From the human T2T-CHM13v2.0 reference genome, Homo sapiens: 64,000 nucleotides of DNA. Position 1 is the first letter of the stretch. Each line of letters begins with the position of its first letter. Position numbers and translations under genes: made by a program. The DNA is taken from the NCBI RefSeq assembly GCF_009914755.1, contig NC_060938.1; one strand, given 5' to 3'. Under the pieces are notes generated by a model. That model was given only the letters and a program-made list of their open reading frames with translations. It searched no databases and was not told the DNA's origin. Shown piece by piece: positions 1 to 22,510 of the stretch.

Positions 1-513
1 AGCCTGGCCTTGTGCTCAGGCTGATTCCAGAAGACGCTTTCTTGCTGGCTTTCCCTCCAGCCTTGCCCACCATGCTTTGCTGGAGCCGGCCAGGGCCAGG
101 ACTGTGGGAGGAGGGTGGAAGGAGGCATCCAGAGACCTCTGGGAATCTTGGGTGGGGGTGCTGGATGCTGGCCTTGTGGGGAAGCGGGGCCAGCAAGGGG
201 AGGCAACTCAGGCCAGATGGTCTGGATCTAATCTTGGGACCCAGATGAAATCAAATATTGGGAAATCTGAGTCCCAGCACAAGTTGGGGTCAAGAAAATG
301 AAAGGGGAAGAGCAGCGCTGGGTGCCTGCCACGTGTCAGTGATAGCAGAGTTGAAGCTTCCCCATGGCACAAGCAGAAGTGCCCAATTCTTATCTCTTGC
401 AACAGGGACTTCCTCTGCCCCCAGCTTCCTGATTCTTTATAACTCTGACCATCGCAGAGCACAGCGTTATAGCGAGACAGGGCATGATGGATCCCCAGCA
501 GCCCAGAGATACT

Positions 514-571
514 CAGTGAAGTCACATACCCGGAGGTGGGGCCAGTGAAGTCACATACCTGGAGGTGGGGC
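514..571. repeat. 29-bp tandem duplication (2 copies, 1 mismatch)
   Basis: cagtgaagtcacatacc(c/t)ggaggtggggc at 514-542 and 543-571. Confidence 0.9.
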
Positions 572-734
572 CAGGTTTGGAAACCAGGTTTTCAAATGAC
601 TATCTTAGTGCTTTTGCACCCATCAGCTCTATCTTAGGATATGTTGAGCAACAAAATGGTGAACTGTGGGGGTGCTGGTGGGATAGTAGATATGGTTGTA
701 ACGGATAGGACATCCATCACCAAATAATATGAAT

Positions 735-1520
735 TAATGTGTCTTTGTCAACCTGGAGGGAGGTCCCTAGTGATGGCACTTTTTCAGTGACGTGGGATGA
801 GCACAGATGCCACTCTCATAATCGAAGGTCACTTGCACATAATTGGGAGGAATACTGGATGATGGCGTCTGGTGAGATTGTTGGGCCAGATTTGTCATGT
901 GGTATTGAATAGGGACAGAATTACACTCTGGTTCTTTGGTCTTCAGATAATCAGCTGCACAAGAGTGAGATACGTGAGGGGTGGAATAACGATAGTGTAT
1001 GAAGACAGGAGGACTCTGGCTGATAAGAGATTGGAAAGAATTGACTGTGATCTGCTTGCCAAAAGCACTAACATGACTTTGGGATGCACTAAGAGAGCTT
1101 TAGTACCCAGAACAATGGGGCTCATAGGCCCCAGACTCTGTGAGAGTCAAACCCTGTGAGGAGTGTGTGGCCCATTTTGAGAGGGACAGAGACAAACTGT
1201 AGAGTCCAGAGGTAGAAATCAGGATGGTGAGAAGAGCCCATGACCACAGGGAAGACATGAAGATACTGAACTGGGAGAGAAGATTCAAGGGGCAGATGAT
1301 AATGGTCTTTCAACTCCTGGAATAGAAACCGAATTGATTCTGCATATCTTGAGAGCAAAGACCAAAGACCAGAGAGTGGATGTAGATCCTTTATGAGGAA
1401 GGACTTTCTAATAATTAAAGCTAATTATTCTACCAAAGGTAGAATGGGCCTCAATGAGAGGTGGGAGGCATTCAAGCATATGTTGGTCAACCACTTTGTG
1501 AGAATGTAGTAGTGGACATT
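735..1520 (+). mobile_element. Degenerate L3/CR1 LINE 3' fragment
   Basis: Decayed CR1 RT C-terminal motifs (gccaaaagcactaacatgactttgggatgcactaagagag; cccattttgagagggacagagacaaactgtagagtccagagg...aggatggtga); boundaries approximate. Confidence 0.6.
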
Positions 1521-2392
1521 CAGAGACCAGAGTCTCTCCACTCTGAAGTTCTGAAAGATGCTGATCCCTGGGATGGAGCAGGGGACTAGAGTAACTCAGA
1601 GCCCAAGAAGATCCTCTCCACTGCCCATTCCCCACAACTGACCATTCCTTGGACACTTGGTTTGAATGCTTGCATTCTTTCTCTTCTCCCTGCTCCCCAG
1701 TTCCTTCTGAGTCAGGCTGGGGAAATTGCTTGATGGCCCATGGGGGTTGCCACGTGCCTGTAGCACACTTCCTGGCTGGGGAAGAAGACGAAACAGGTTA
1801 GCCAGTGAGAAGGGAGGGCAGGTCCCCAAGGTTGCCCTAAAAGACAGAAGGGCCCCAGAGGGAAAGTCCCCACAAGAGCATTCTAACTCTCCCAGGGTGT
1901 GGTGGGTACTGACTCAGGTTGGCGTCTCTTGGGGAAGAGTTGAGGGAAAAGCAACCAAGAAATGGTGTTGAAAAGCTGGAAAAACTTCTTGAGCCAGCCA
2001 GAACTGAAGCCTCTGTGACAGGAGCCAGGCACTGCATGGTGACTGGTGATGATAATGACATGTTGGCTAAAAATTGCCCAGAGCACTGGTGGAGGTGGGA
2101 ATGTAGCCAAGAAGCTCACTGCCTGGCAAGGCTGCTGCCCAGCTGCAGGGGGCACCATCACATTCGGTTTTGGGCATATATGATGTGAGTGGTACCAGGA
2201 GGCAGAAGCCCTGACGTTCTATGTCAAGTGAGAAGCAGAAGCTGTGGAACAAAGTGAGACTGTGGGTCCTGGGGAAGGATGGGATGCTGTCGCTGGTAGA
2301 TGAACACAGGGGGCTAAGGACATACTCCTCTAGGGGAGGAAAGAGGAACCGCTCCTTTTGGGGGAGCACTCAGGCCTCGCCCTTTCCCTGTC

Positions 2393-3130
2393 CCATTCAT
2401 CCATCCAACAAATACTGACTGAGGGCCCTCTGTGCCTGATCCACGCTAGGGTGGGGGCTGCGACAGTGAGCAGAGCACAGACAAAGTCCCTGCCTCACTG
2501 AGCATACAGGCTAGCCCTGGGCTGTTTAATCGAACTTTCTGGATGATGGAAATAATCACATAAGCAAATGTAGAAGGACAACTCTGTCAACTGCTCTGCC
2601 TTTATGGAGAGGCATATGGTGCTGGGTGAGCACCTGATGGGGAGCTGCCCTGTCTGAGAATGGGGGTGGGCTTCCTAAAGGAAGTGAGTGGGAGCTGGGG
2701 CTGTAGGTGAGCAGAAGCCCTGGCTTGGGGCTCGGTCAAGTGCCTCTTCTGTTCCTCTCAGCACCAGGTCCTGTGGTGCCTGCATTATAGCTCATCCTGT
2801 GGGTGCAGCGCCCCACTTCTGCTCCTGCTGTGAACTACCTACCCAAGGGGACTCATTTGACTGCATTTCCTCTCACCTAGCAAGGTGCCTGCACCATGGT
2901 GGTTGCTCAACTAACGTTAACATAATTTAGCCAGTCAATTATCAACCAACAATTATTGAGCGCCAGTACAGCTCAATATACAGTGGTGACCAAGACAGAC
3001 AAGGTCCCTGCTGTCATAGGGCTTACATTATAGTTGGGGAGACAGTCCCTGTAGGAGCAAATACACACCTAAGACAATTTCAGGGAATCTAAGTGCCCCT
3101 GAGGGAAATGAAACAGGGTATTGAGACTAG
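2393..3130 (-). mobile_element. L2 LINE 3'-end fragments
   Basis: cattcatccatccaacaaatactgactgag...gacaaagtccctgcctca and caacaattattgagcgcc...gacaaggtccctgctgtcatagggcttacatt are typical reverse-complement L2 tails; boundaries approximate. Confidence 0.55.
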
Positions 3131-4273
3131 TTGGGAAAGAATGAATGAATGAATAAATGGTGAGCCATGGAGGCACCCACCCACTGGGCTGGGGTGGGAG
3201 ATGAGGAGGAGGAGTTGGGGATCTTAGAGCCCAGGGCAGGGAGCTTGGTCAGGGGTGGCTGCACTCCAGGCTGTAGGGCCAGGCCTCGCAGCACCGGGAG
3301 GGAGTGGACAGGGAGTGGTTCCGAAGCTCAGAATTCAGTGTAAAGGAGAATGCCTGGAACTGCTGACAGGAGCAATGCTGTGTTCCTGAGTCCCCTGTGG
3401 GCCCAATCATGACTCAGGCTTGAGCTCTGTGCCTGGCAAAGAACACTGAGGGGAAGAGGGGCAGGGAGGACCTGGAGTAGCCCTACAGAGGCATCCAAGG
3501 CTCCCACTGCTGGCAGCCCTGTTGGGAAATTCTCTCTTAGGCCCCTGAGCGGGGGTTTTGAGGCTGAGGTGTGGTGTGTGGGGCCGAGGCCAAGGACCGA
3601 TGGATAGCAGGGATCAATGAGTCCTTAGAGGGTCAGTCCTGGGATACAGACACTGCCATGGCTGGCCCAGCATACCTCCCCTCAGGGAGGAAGGGTGGAG
3701 CTCTCACCAATTGGTCTCACTGGGCCTGTGAGTTCAGCCACACTCTGGGTTTGCCCCAGGTACTGTGCAGTTCTGTGCTGAAGGTTTCAAAGTTTCTGTG
3801 CATGGGGAAGGAGACAGCAGGAGAATGGGGGATGAAGGGTTCAAGACCTAATCCCTAACTTTGGGAAGGAGTCATCCTTATCCAGGAAATGGATGAAGAC
3901 ATCTATGGCTCTAACACTAGTCAAGAGCCAAGTGAATTTCATAGTAAGAGGTTCCCTGGAAGCGGGCAAAGCAAGGGTAGAAGACGCCAGGAGAAACTTC
4001 TAGGAGGTTGAGATGGGCCTGGCTGGATGAATTCTGGCAGGCAAAATGGGGTTGGGGGCTGGGTGAAAGAATGAGCAGTAATCCAGAGATCAGAACAGCT
4101 GGAGCAAAGGCGCAGAGGAAAGGGAGTGTGGTCAAGTTTAGGGAAGAGTAAGGCTCAATGTGGCCAAGAGGAACTTAGGCTGGGTGAGCTTGGGAAAGCT
4201 TTCACCATTCTGCCCAGTCCCCAACCCTCCTCTACCCAAAGTAGAAGGCCTCCAAAGTCAAAACCAAACCAGA

Positions 4274-4538
4274 GGCCGGCACAGTGGCTCACGCCTGTAA
4301 TCCCAGCATTTTGGGAGGCCAAGGTGGGCGGATCACTTGAGGCCAGGAGCTTGAGACCAGCCTGGGAAACCCCGTCTCTACTAAAAATACAAAAATTAGC
4401 CAGGCATGATGTAATTCCATGCTACTGGGGAGGCTGAGACAGGAGAATTGCTGAACCCAGGAGGCGGAGGTTGTAGTGAGCCGAGATAGCGCCACTGCAC
4501 TCCAGCCTGGGCAACAGAGTGAGACTCTGTCTCAAAAA
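4274..4538 (+). mobile_element. Alu (AluS-like, internal deletions)
   Basis: ggccggcacagtggctcacgcctgtaatcccagc...gagactctgtctcaaaaa; flanked by aaaaccaaacca-like TSD. Confidence 0.95.
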
Positions 4539-5370
4539 CCAAACCAAACAAAACCAGACACAAGAAAGCAGAAGCAGCATGATGCAGGGGAAAGAGCTCA
4601 CACTTTTATGCAGAGTTATACAGATTTGGTCGAATCCAGACTCTCGCTGTAAAGCCTTGCAATCCTGGATAAGTTACTTAGAATTTCTGAGCCTCAGTTT
4701 CCTCAGCTGTAAAAGAGTACTTACCTCATGTGGTAGATGAAAAGAGTAGGGCCTAGGTAGAGTGTTTGGGCGTTGCAGGTGCCCAATAAACCTGAATTCT
4801 CTCAGCCCCTACAATAACACAGGTCTCTGATGATAGGGTGTTAATGTGACAGTGAAGGGCCAAAGCCAAGGCACATTTGCTCCCTCTTGCTTGAGGCCCT
4901 CTAGGGATGCTCAGGCTGTGTCTGTTCTGGCTTTGCGCGTTTCTTCTGGAACTGCCTCTCTAATGAGGAGGTAGCCAAGACCTCCTTACTCACCAATATG
5001 GGGCATATGTGTTGGTACTTGCTAATAGAAATTGCACAAAGCCGGGCCCACTTCCTCCCTTTGCCTACTTCCCAGCATTCCTCATGGGCTCCTCCATTCT
5101 CAAGGGTCTACAGAAGGGTCCTTATGTCCTCCAGATTCACCACTATCAAGCACAAGCAGCTTCCAGTTCCTCTCCACTGCTGGCATTTAAGTCCAGGTGG
5201 CTGGCGATCCCTTGGCCTTGCTTCAAGCTGAGCCTGAGCCTGCACCTGGACTCTGGCTGAGGAAACTATTCGCCCCACTCAGCTGGCCCACTGCTGAGTT
5301 CCCCGGGAGGCTTGGAGCAGAGGGCAGTGGGCAGCAGCATCCCACTGAGAACTGCAGAACTCTCAGCACA

Positions 5371-6195
5371 TGACAACTCTGTCCAAACCTCTGAACTAAG
5401 AGACTTGACCAACTCTAGATTGGCTTTTAGCAGCACAAGGCTGTATCCCTAGGATGGCCCCAGCCCCTCTTAAAGTGCTGTCTTGAGAAAGCTCAGTGCT
5501 GCCAGAAAAATTTATTATTTGTTCCAGCCAACACCTGATGATAGGCCCCTGACCTCACTTTCTTAGAACATTTGGCTCAAAATGGCTTGCCATTGTACAT
5601 ATGTATCTCTTGCAACTCAAAAGCATCAGGTCTTCCTTTAAAATCTAGTCATCAAGGCCAGGCATGGTGGCTCACGCTGTAATCCCAGCACTTTGGGAGG
5701 CTGAGGCGGGCAGATCACTTGAGGCCAGGAGTTCAAGACCAGCTTGGGCAACATGCCAAAACTCTGTCTCTACTAAAAATACAAAAAAAAAAAAAAACTT
5801 AACCAGGCATGGTTGTACATTCCTATAGTCCCAGCTACTCAGGGGGCTGAGGTGGGAGGATCCCTTGAGCTGGGGAGGTACAGGTTGCAGTGAGCTGAGA
5901 TCGCACCACCCACTGAACTCCAGCTCACGCTACAGAGTGAGACCCTGCCTCAATAAATAAATAAATAAAGGACAGAGCCCTAACTTAGGTACATGCCAGC
6001 CAGAGACAGAGAGACAGCTGGCCTCATTCCATTCACTCTGAGGCTTTGCTAACCCCCTGCCTCCTCCCTTGACAGCTCCCAGATCACCTGTGCACAAATC
6101 AGAATGGAGCTCAGCTCTTTCCCCTACTGTCAGTAGTTACTGAATAAAGCCTGCTTTCACTGCTTTAACTAACATCTGCTATTTCTCTTCGATAC
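5371..6195 (+). mobile_element. ERVL-class solo LTR (MER54/MER74-group-like), interrupted by an Alu
   Basis: gacttgaccaactctag...ccccagcccctcttaaagtgc...gttccagccaacacctgatgatagg; 3' part ggagctcagctctttcccctactgtcagtagttactgAATAAAgc; family name from memory, boundaries approximate. Confidence 0.55.
5656..5969 (+). mobile_element. Alu (AluJ/S) inserted in the LTR
   Basis: Full dimer, (AAAT)n tail. Confidence 0.95.
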
Positions 6196-8049
6196 CACCT
6201 GCAGAAGACCCAGCCCGTGCTCCTCCTTAGCCCCTGCTCAGTCCTGAGGTGACTTCTGCCTCTTCTGCTGCTCAACATGGGGCCCATCAGCCTAGTTAAA
6301 CCAGCAGCCATGGGGCTCTGAGGAGGACCCCTAGGCCAGGGCACCCATGGGCATGTGTGTTGGGGGGAACTGAGTGGAGTGTCAGGCAGGGAGTCAGGAC
6401 ACACTGAGGGGGCAAGGATGCTCTTGGTTGCCTGCAGGCAGGAGCTGAGACAGAGGTGAGGCTTGACAGAGAAAGGCAGGGATAAGAATGTCCTGTCACC
6501 CCCCAGGAAGGTGAAACCTGGATGAAACGAGAGTTGTGTCCAGCCTAGGGAGGTGCCTGGCTGTGGCGACCCCTCCCACTCCTTTGAGTCCCCACCTTGG
6601 GTCTTGCCATTGTTGCCTAATGTTTTCATGATGCCAACTGGAAGCACTTTGAGAGCTGGACCTTTGTCTCATAAGGCTTGCCTGTACCCGTCCACCCTGC
6701 CCTGCCCAGTGCTGAGCACACAGGAGGCTGCACAAACACCAGCTGACCAGGAGATGGAGGGTTAAAGAGGGGATTAGAGCACAGGGGCCAGTGAGCACAG
6801 GCAGGTGATAGGGCTGAGGGGTCAGGAGGAGCAGTGCAAGGAGGGGAAGCCTGAGAAGGTGGGAGCAGTAGGGCCCAGGGGAGTGCGCTTGGTGGGGAGG
6901 GTGGGCCAAACTAGGAGGGGAAGACCAGGGACTGGAGGTGATGGGGAGGGGCTGCGGCAAAGGACTTCTGAGGTCATGGGTGGGGCTCTCCCTAGGGATG
7001 GGGAGGCCAAAAGTGTAAGGGACCAGATGCTTCAGCGACAGTGCCAAGGCCTTTGGCATGGGTGGTAGGAGACAGATGCCTCAGAGACAGGGCCAAGGCC
7101 TTTGGCGGTCGTGGGTGGGTAGGAGCCAGGGTGACAAAGGGAAAGGGCAGCCCTGGGCCCAGCCACCTGCCTGGGTTTGTCCACTGGGCCCTCGTGTGTG
7201 CTCCTCACTCTCTGTGCCTGGATCGCACCCCACTGTCACTCACATCGTCTCCTCACTTCCCTGGCCTGCCAGAGACCTGACCTCCCCTTCTACTCATGGG
7301 CCCAAAGGGGACTTCAGGAGCTGATGGAAACTCCTCCTCAGTGACTTGTCCGTAAACCTGGAGTCACTGATACCTCGGTCCAGCCCTGCACCCATCCTCT
7401 TCCTGTTTAATGTAGGCCAGTTAGTCAAAGCTCACATTAGTGGGGACACCTGGGGATAGAGGCTCCAAAGCCTCATTTTGATACCTCACAACCCTTGGGC
7501 AGTTGTTCTAGAAAGAGGCATCTCCATGTGACATGCATCTCACAGCCATGTTTGGGTCCATATCCTTAGAGGAGACTGGGGCTGGGCCAGGCCGCTCAGG
7601 CTGGTCTCTTCTAGGCATTCACACTGCTTCTCTGCTGTCATTAGTCTCTATTTAAGCTGTCACACTTTCCTCTTACCCTCTCTGTTGGTGGGGTAGGGAA
7701 GTTTCTGGTGGTGGGAGCAGATGCATTAGGACCTGGGAAGGGGTGGGGGCTCTGGGTGCACTTAGAAGTGTTAGACACAAGGGCCAGAGTGGGCCTGAGA
7801 CTGGAAATTATGACTCCTCTGCTGGAGAGAGAGGCCCAGATTTGCACGCAGCAAATCTCTTCTCTGAATATCTTAGATGTTTGCTTGTAAGGCATGGGCT
7901 GTCTCTGTGGCCACCCAAGAATGCAGTAGCACTGGCTGCCTCCGGGCTGAGGGCAGGGATGAGGAGGAGACTTTTCACTGTGCATCCTTCAATACCTTTT
8001 GGATTCTGAGCCATGTGAATGTGTTACCTCTGAAAAATATAAATTAACA

Positions 8050-8342
<293 letters not shown>

Positions 8343-8690
8343 TTAACAATGCAAAACAAAAATCTCTTCTTCTTTCCCTGGGCTCCTTTGAGGAATTAAG
8401 CGTCTTCAGGGACCAGCCAAGAACCTTGACTTGCCTCAGTTGGGGCGGGGCTGCATCTCGGTCAGGCCCTCAGTGCCCCATCAGTGCTACGTCTGGCACA
8501 CTGGCTTCTCCTTCACTGCTCAGGCACATTCTTTCTTTCTCTGTGCCTGTTGCTGGTTTCATGGCATCCCTCAAGCCAGGGATACCACCACCACAGTCCC
8601 ACAATAGTCCCAGGTCCCTGTTGACTCTGCCTCCTACAATGTCTCGTCTGCTCACACCTTCACTGCATCACATCCCAGGGATACTGATAG

Positions 8691-9630
<940 letters not shown>

Positions 9631-10669
9631 TGACTGCTCTGTGGTCACTGAGCACCATTTGCTGGTGGTAGTTTTGGTGGGAATAAAAGCCCAGAAAAAC
9701 CTTGTCCCAGGCTGGAACTATTCTGAGGCCTTACACACCAAAGCTGTTCCCTCGCATCATGCCAGAGCTGCTTTCTGCAGCTGAGAGGGTGCTCGTGCTT
9801 GGCTTCACCAACCCTGCTTACTTGTCTCCCTGGGAGTACTTCATAAATCACTCAGGGTCTAAGGTGGATCCTCAGTGGAAACCTATCACCCACAATTTAA
9901 GTCTCAGTCATATATCTTTACTCCACTCTCTCTCTGGAAATGTATTCCATACTGAATCTAAATTTAAGCCACATCAAACTTCTAGCTGTTCTGCTACTTT
10001 TGTGTCTCAGTACCTGCCTTTAAAAACAAACAAACAAACAAAAAACCCACCTCCACCCCTCGCCCATCCTTTATGTGTCTGGTTAGTCTCGCCCCCTTCC
10101 TCAGTTCTCCAGGCATGCTGCTTCTTTCCTCCTGTGTCCTCAGGGCACTCTGGGTAGTTTACTGCAGCACTCATCTAGCCAAATTCAACTAGTCTTCCCT
10201 GGTGTCTTGCATGGGGCTGGGCAGAGAGTTTCAAAAAACAAATGTCTTTGAATGAGTATTGATTCCCCAAAATGTCCTAGTGCTCTCTAGTGTCAGGCTT
10301 CCCACATCCTGAATCTCTTCTACCTTCAATCAAAAGTGACTGTTCATGTGCCATTCCCTTGGGTGGTGTACTCTGTGGCTTATGTTTCTAAGATGACTGA
10401 AACTTGTCAGAGAGAAGCACAGTGGTCTGCTGTGAATAGCACTATTCCTTCTGGTTTCTTGGGATACCAGGACCGAGGTCTTACTCCACATCTTATGGAC
10501 TCTTGGGGTCCCAGTTCACTCACTGCCTTCAATAAATGGAAGGTCTAGATGACTTCTAAAATCTCCCATGGCTGAAATGAAAGTCTTTTGTGGGCGGGGG
10601 CCTGGTCTGTCTTGCTCTCTGTTCTATCCTGAAGCCAAGAATGGTGCCTGGTGCAGAGCAGGCTGTTAG

Positions 10670-10991
<322 letters not shown>

Positions 10992-11178
10992 AGGAATTGA
11001 CAATTTCGATGGTTATGTATTGCTTGATGCTGTATATATATTATTTCATTTAATTCTCAAGGTGGTGGAGTCAGGATTTGCATGACAGTTTATATGAGTT
11101 TGAAGTCCATGCTTCCCTCATAATATCTTGAGAATTTAGGAGACAATGCCATCATGGAAAGTTTTGTTCCAATGGTGG

Positions 11179-11769
11179 TTTTTGTTTGTTTGTTTTTTGT
11201 TTTTTTGAGACTGGGTCTCACTCTGTTGCTCAGGCTGTAGTGGCGTGATCACGCTCACCAAGTCCTCCCACCTTAGCCTCCTGAGTAGGTGGGACCACAG
11301 GTGCATTCCACCACGCCCAGCTAATTTTTTTTTTTTTTAGATGGAGTCTTGCTCAGTCACCCAGGCTGGAGTGCAGTGGCACGATCTCGGCTCACTGCAA
11401 CCTCCTGGGAGGTGGGTTCATGCCATTCTCCTGCCTCAGCCTCCCGAGTAGCTAGGACTACAGACGCCCGCCACCACGCCCAGCTAATTTTTTTTCTTTG
11501 TATTTTTAGTAGAGACGAGGTTTCATCATGTTAGCCAGGATGGTCTCGATCTCCTGACCTCGTGATCCACCCGCCTCGGCCTCCCAAAGTGCTGGGATTA
11601 CAGGTGTGAGCCACTGCGCCCGGCCCCAGCTAATCTTTAAAAAATTGTTTTGTAGAGATGGGGTCTACCTATGTTGCCCAGGTTGGTCTCAAACTTCTGG
11701 GCTCAAGCGATCCACCTTCCTCAACCTCCCAAGGACTGAGATTACAGGTGTAAACTACTACGCCCAGCC
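11179..11769 (-). mobile_element. Old AluJ-like element split by a younger AluY-like insertion (11325-11625)
   Basis: Old arm 11179-11324, young full Alu, remaining old arm 11626-11769; TSD ccagctaat at 11317-11325 and 11626-11634. Confidence 0.88.
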
Positions 11770-12960
11770 CCATTGGTGGATTTTAATGATGGCTGTGGAA
11801 GGCTGGAGGTGGTCCTGAGGCCCATCTTCTTTTTATACCACATAGGCAACTGCCTGTGCTCCTCATCAACCTCAGGAGATAACAGGAATTTAGGCTGGTA
11901 AGTGGAAGAGGGTGAGCAGGTGCTGAGGGAATCTGATCACTGTGATCTGCTGCCACAGCAAATGGTGGCATTTAGGCACACAGTTCCAAAGGTTCTATAC
12001 CAGTCACGTACTGATAAGCCAGCCCTCTCTCTAAAAGAAAGCCTTGATTGGTAGCATTTGTGGACTTTCATGGGACATGTACTGTCGCCATGGCTGATTC
12101 AAGACACCACATGAAATCACTGAATGAGGACTTAGAAGAGATGTGCATCAGAAGCTCTCAGAAGCTGGTGAGCCACTCCACTTACCACTGGAACAGTAAC
12201 TGGGGACGGTCCCCAGAAAGCCACAGGAAGACTTCTGCCAATCTTGTGGGCAGCCTGGGGAAGCCTCAGCTCTCACTCTGAAGATTTTGAATAAGTAAAA
12301 TGATTTATGTTTCTCTGATTTATGGCAGCCATCCCATCACTTTGGATGGTTATCTAGGCTGTCCGGTGGAAGGTTCCCTCAGAATAGCCCTTGGCTCCTC
12401 TTAGGAACACACCCCATTGCCTTGCCTCAGGCTAGGACAGCCTCTTGCATAGGCAACGCAGCTCTATAGGGCTCATGCAATTAGTTCTGCAGAAAGCAAT
12501 TCAGGTAGAACCATCCCGAGAGGAAGGATGAGAGTTGTCGGTGTCACAGCTATTCCTCTGTCCCTCACTTGGATTCAGGCAGTACCTTCTCCCCAAGTTC
12601 CAGGAAATCATGAACACCAAGGAATCTGCCTTTGCTGGACTGGGCCTCAGCCAGAGATCAGGCCCAGCTAGAAGGTAGCAGGCATCCCTGAAGAGATGGT
12701 GGAATGGGGGTGGAAAACCAGTGTGAGACTGGATGTGCCCACTTCTAGCTGTGGAGCGACTCTGCTCCTCAGCTGGGGCATGGGAAACAGGTCTTGCAGG
12801 GCAGAGCAGGAACAGTTCTGGAGGAAAGGGGTCTTGTCCTGGGGCAGAACCCCTTGAGAAGCTTCACATTTATACATCTTTGAGTCTTTCTCCCAAATTG
12901 TTAACATGTTGCTGAGCAGAGAATCAGCAGTCAAAAACACATTGAAAGAGAAATGAGACT

Positions 12961-12966
12961 TTTATT
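12961..12966 (-). terminator. DHRS1: DHRS1 polyadenylation signal AATAAA
   Basis: tttatt on + strand about 240 nt past the DHRS1 stop. Confidence 0.85.
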
Positions 12967-13202
12967 AGCTCCAAGAGCATTTTTCAATACTAAGGCAAAA
13001 AGTAAAAAGAAGGACAAGGAAAACCAAGGCACAAAGAAGGGACCTAGGCGCACCCCAGAACTCACCACGGACACACAGCAGAGGGCTTCTCTTCATATCA
13101 AGGGTATGGGTAAACAAGAAAGGCTGCTGTTTCACTGAGACAGGACAAACCACCAAGTCCAAATGAGAAGACAAGCAGAGACGTAGTGTCAGACCAGGAG
13201 GG

Positions 13203-21450
<8,248 letters not shown>

Positions 21451-21759
21451 GACTCACAGGCAAAGGAGGCAGGTCTGTGGAAGCAAAGACTTACTCTGAG
21501 GGAAGCCTGGAGACTGTGTGTGTGTTGGGGCGAGGTTGGGGGGTAGGGGAGAACCTCACTAGGGCTAAGAGGAGGAGCCAAGGTAAGAATCCTTTGAGGG
21601 GAGAGGAGTCAGAGGCTGACAACTGGGTGCGGGCCTGAGGACAAGGCTGACTGTCTTTTGGGAGGCCCAGAGAGTGAAGAAGGGGCTGAGTGGGACTGTC
21701 CAGAGGTGGACAACTACTACAACCCTCTGAGTGTGGCTGCCTGGATATGGGAATCTGGC

Positions 21760-22510
21760 GCGGCAGCCCCTCGGGGCGCGTCCACGCAGAGTCCTGGGCT
21801 ATCTGAAGCTCCGGTCCCTGGCCTGACCCAGTCCGGCTGAGCCAGAGGCGCAGCTTCCGGGCCGGGGATGAGCGCGAAGCCTGGAGATCCTAAGCCCTAA
21901 GTGGGACGAGCGTGCGCCGCTTACCTGCCACCTGCGCTGCCGCTGAGGTCTGCAGATTGCGGGGCTGCGGTGGAAGTCTGGGTTCTCGCCCAGATTGAGC
22001 CGGCGACGTGGAGGCAGTGTTCAAGGATTGATTCTGTAGTAGGACCCGGGGCGATTCTGTGCTGAGGTAGAGGGGCAGAGTCCCAGGCCAAAGTTAGAAC
22101 CTGCGGATGGGGGCGGAGCGATCTGGGTGACACACCCACCCCGCCCGGCTGGGGCGGCGCGGAACTATGACGTAGTAGCTGCGTCAGGAGCGCGCCCGCG
22201 TTTCTAAACTTTGTCTGGATAAGGCGCACGCTTGGCGACGTCGAAGGTCCGTCCGCAGTTAAGGAAGCTTTTGCAGCCGGACAGGTCGCGAAGCACACAT
22301 GGGGCAGGGTCCGCGCTCTCCACACAAGGTGGGGCGCCGGTTCCCAGCTGGTGGCAAACGGGGGCGCGGGGCCAAGGGGTCGGGGCGCCCCTTACCAGGC
22401 CGTAAGCGGCAACCCTGGCCGCCTCCGGATGGGCGCTCGGAGCCGGCTCCAGATTCGCACCCGCACCTGAGCCCGGAAGCTCTGGGATATTTCCGCCGGG
22501 CGCTGTCAGC
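21760..22510. promoter_or_regulatory. CpG-island bidirectional promoter DHRS1/NOP9
   Basis: High CpG density; DHRS1 exon-1 donor (21924) and NOP9 ATG (22299) are head-to-head 375 bp apart; GC boxes near 22110-22160 and CRE-like TGACGT at 22168. Confidence 0.88.
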
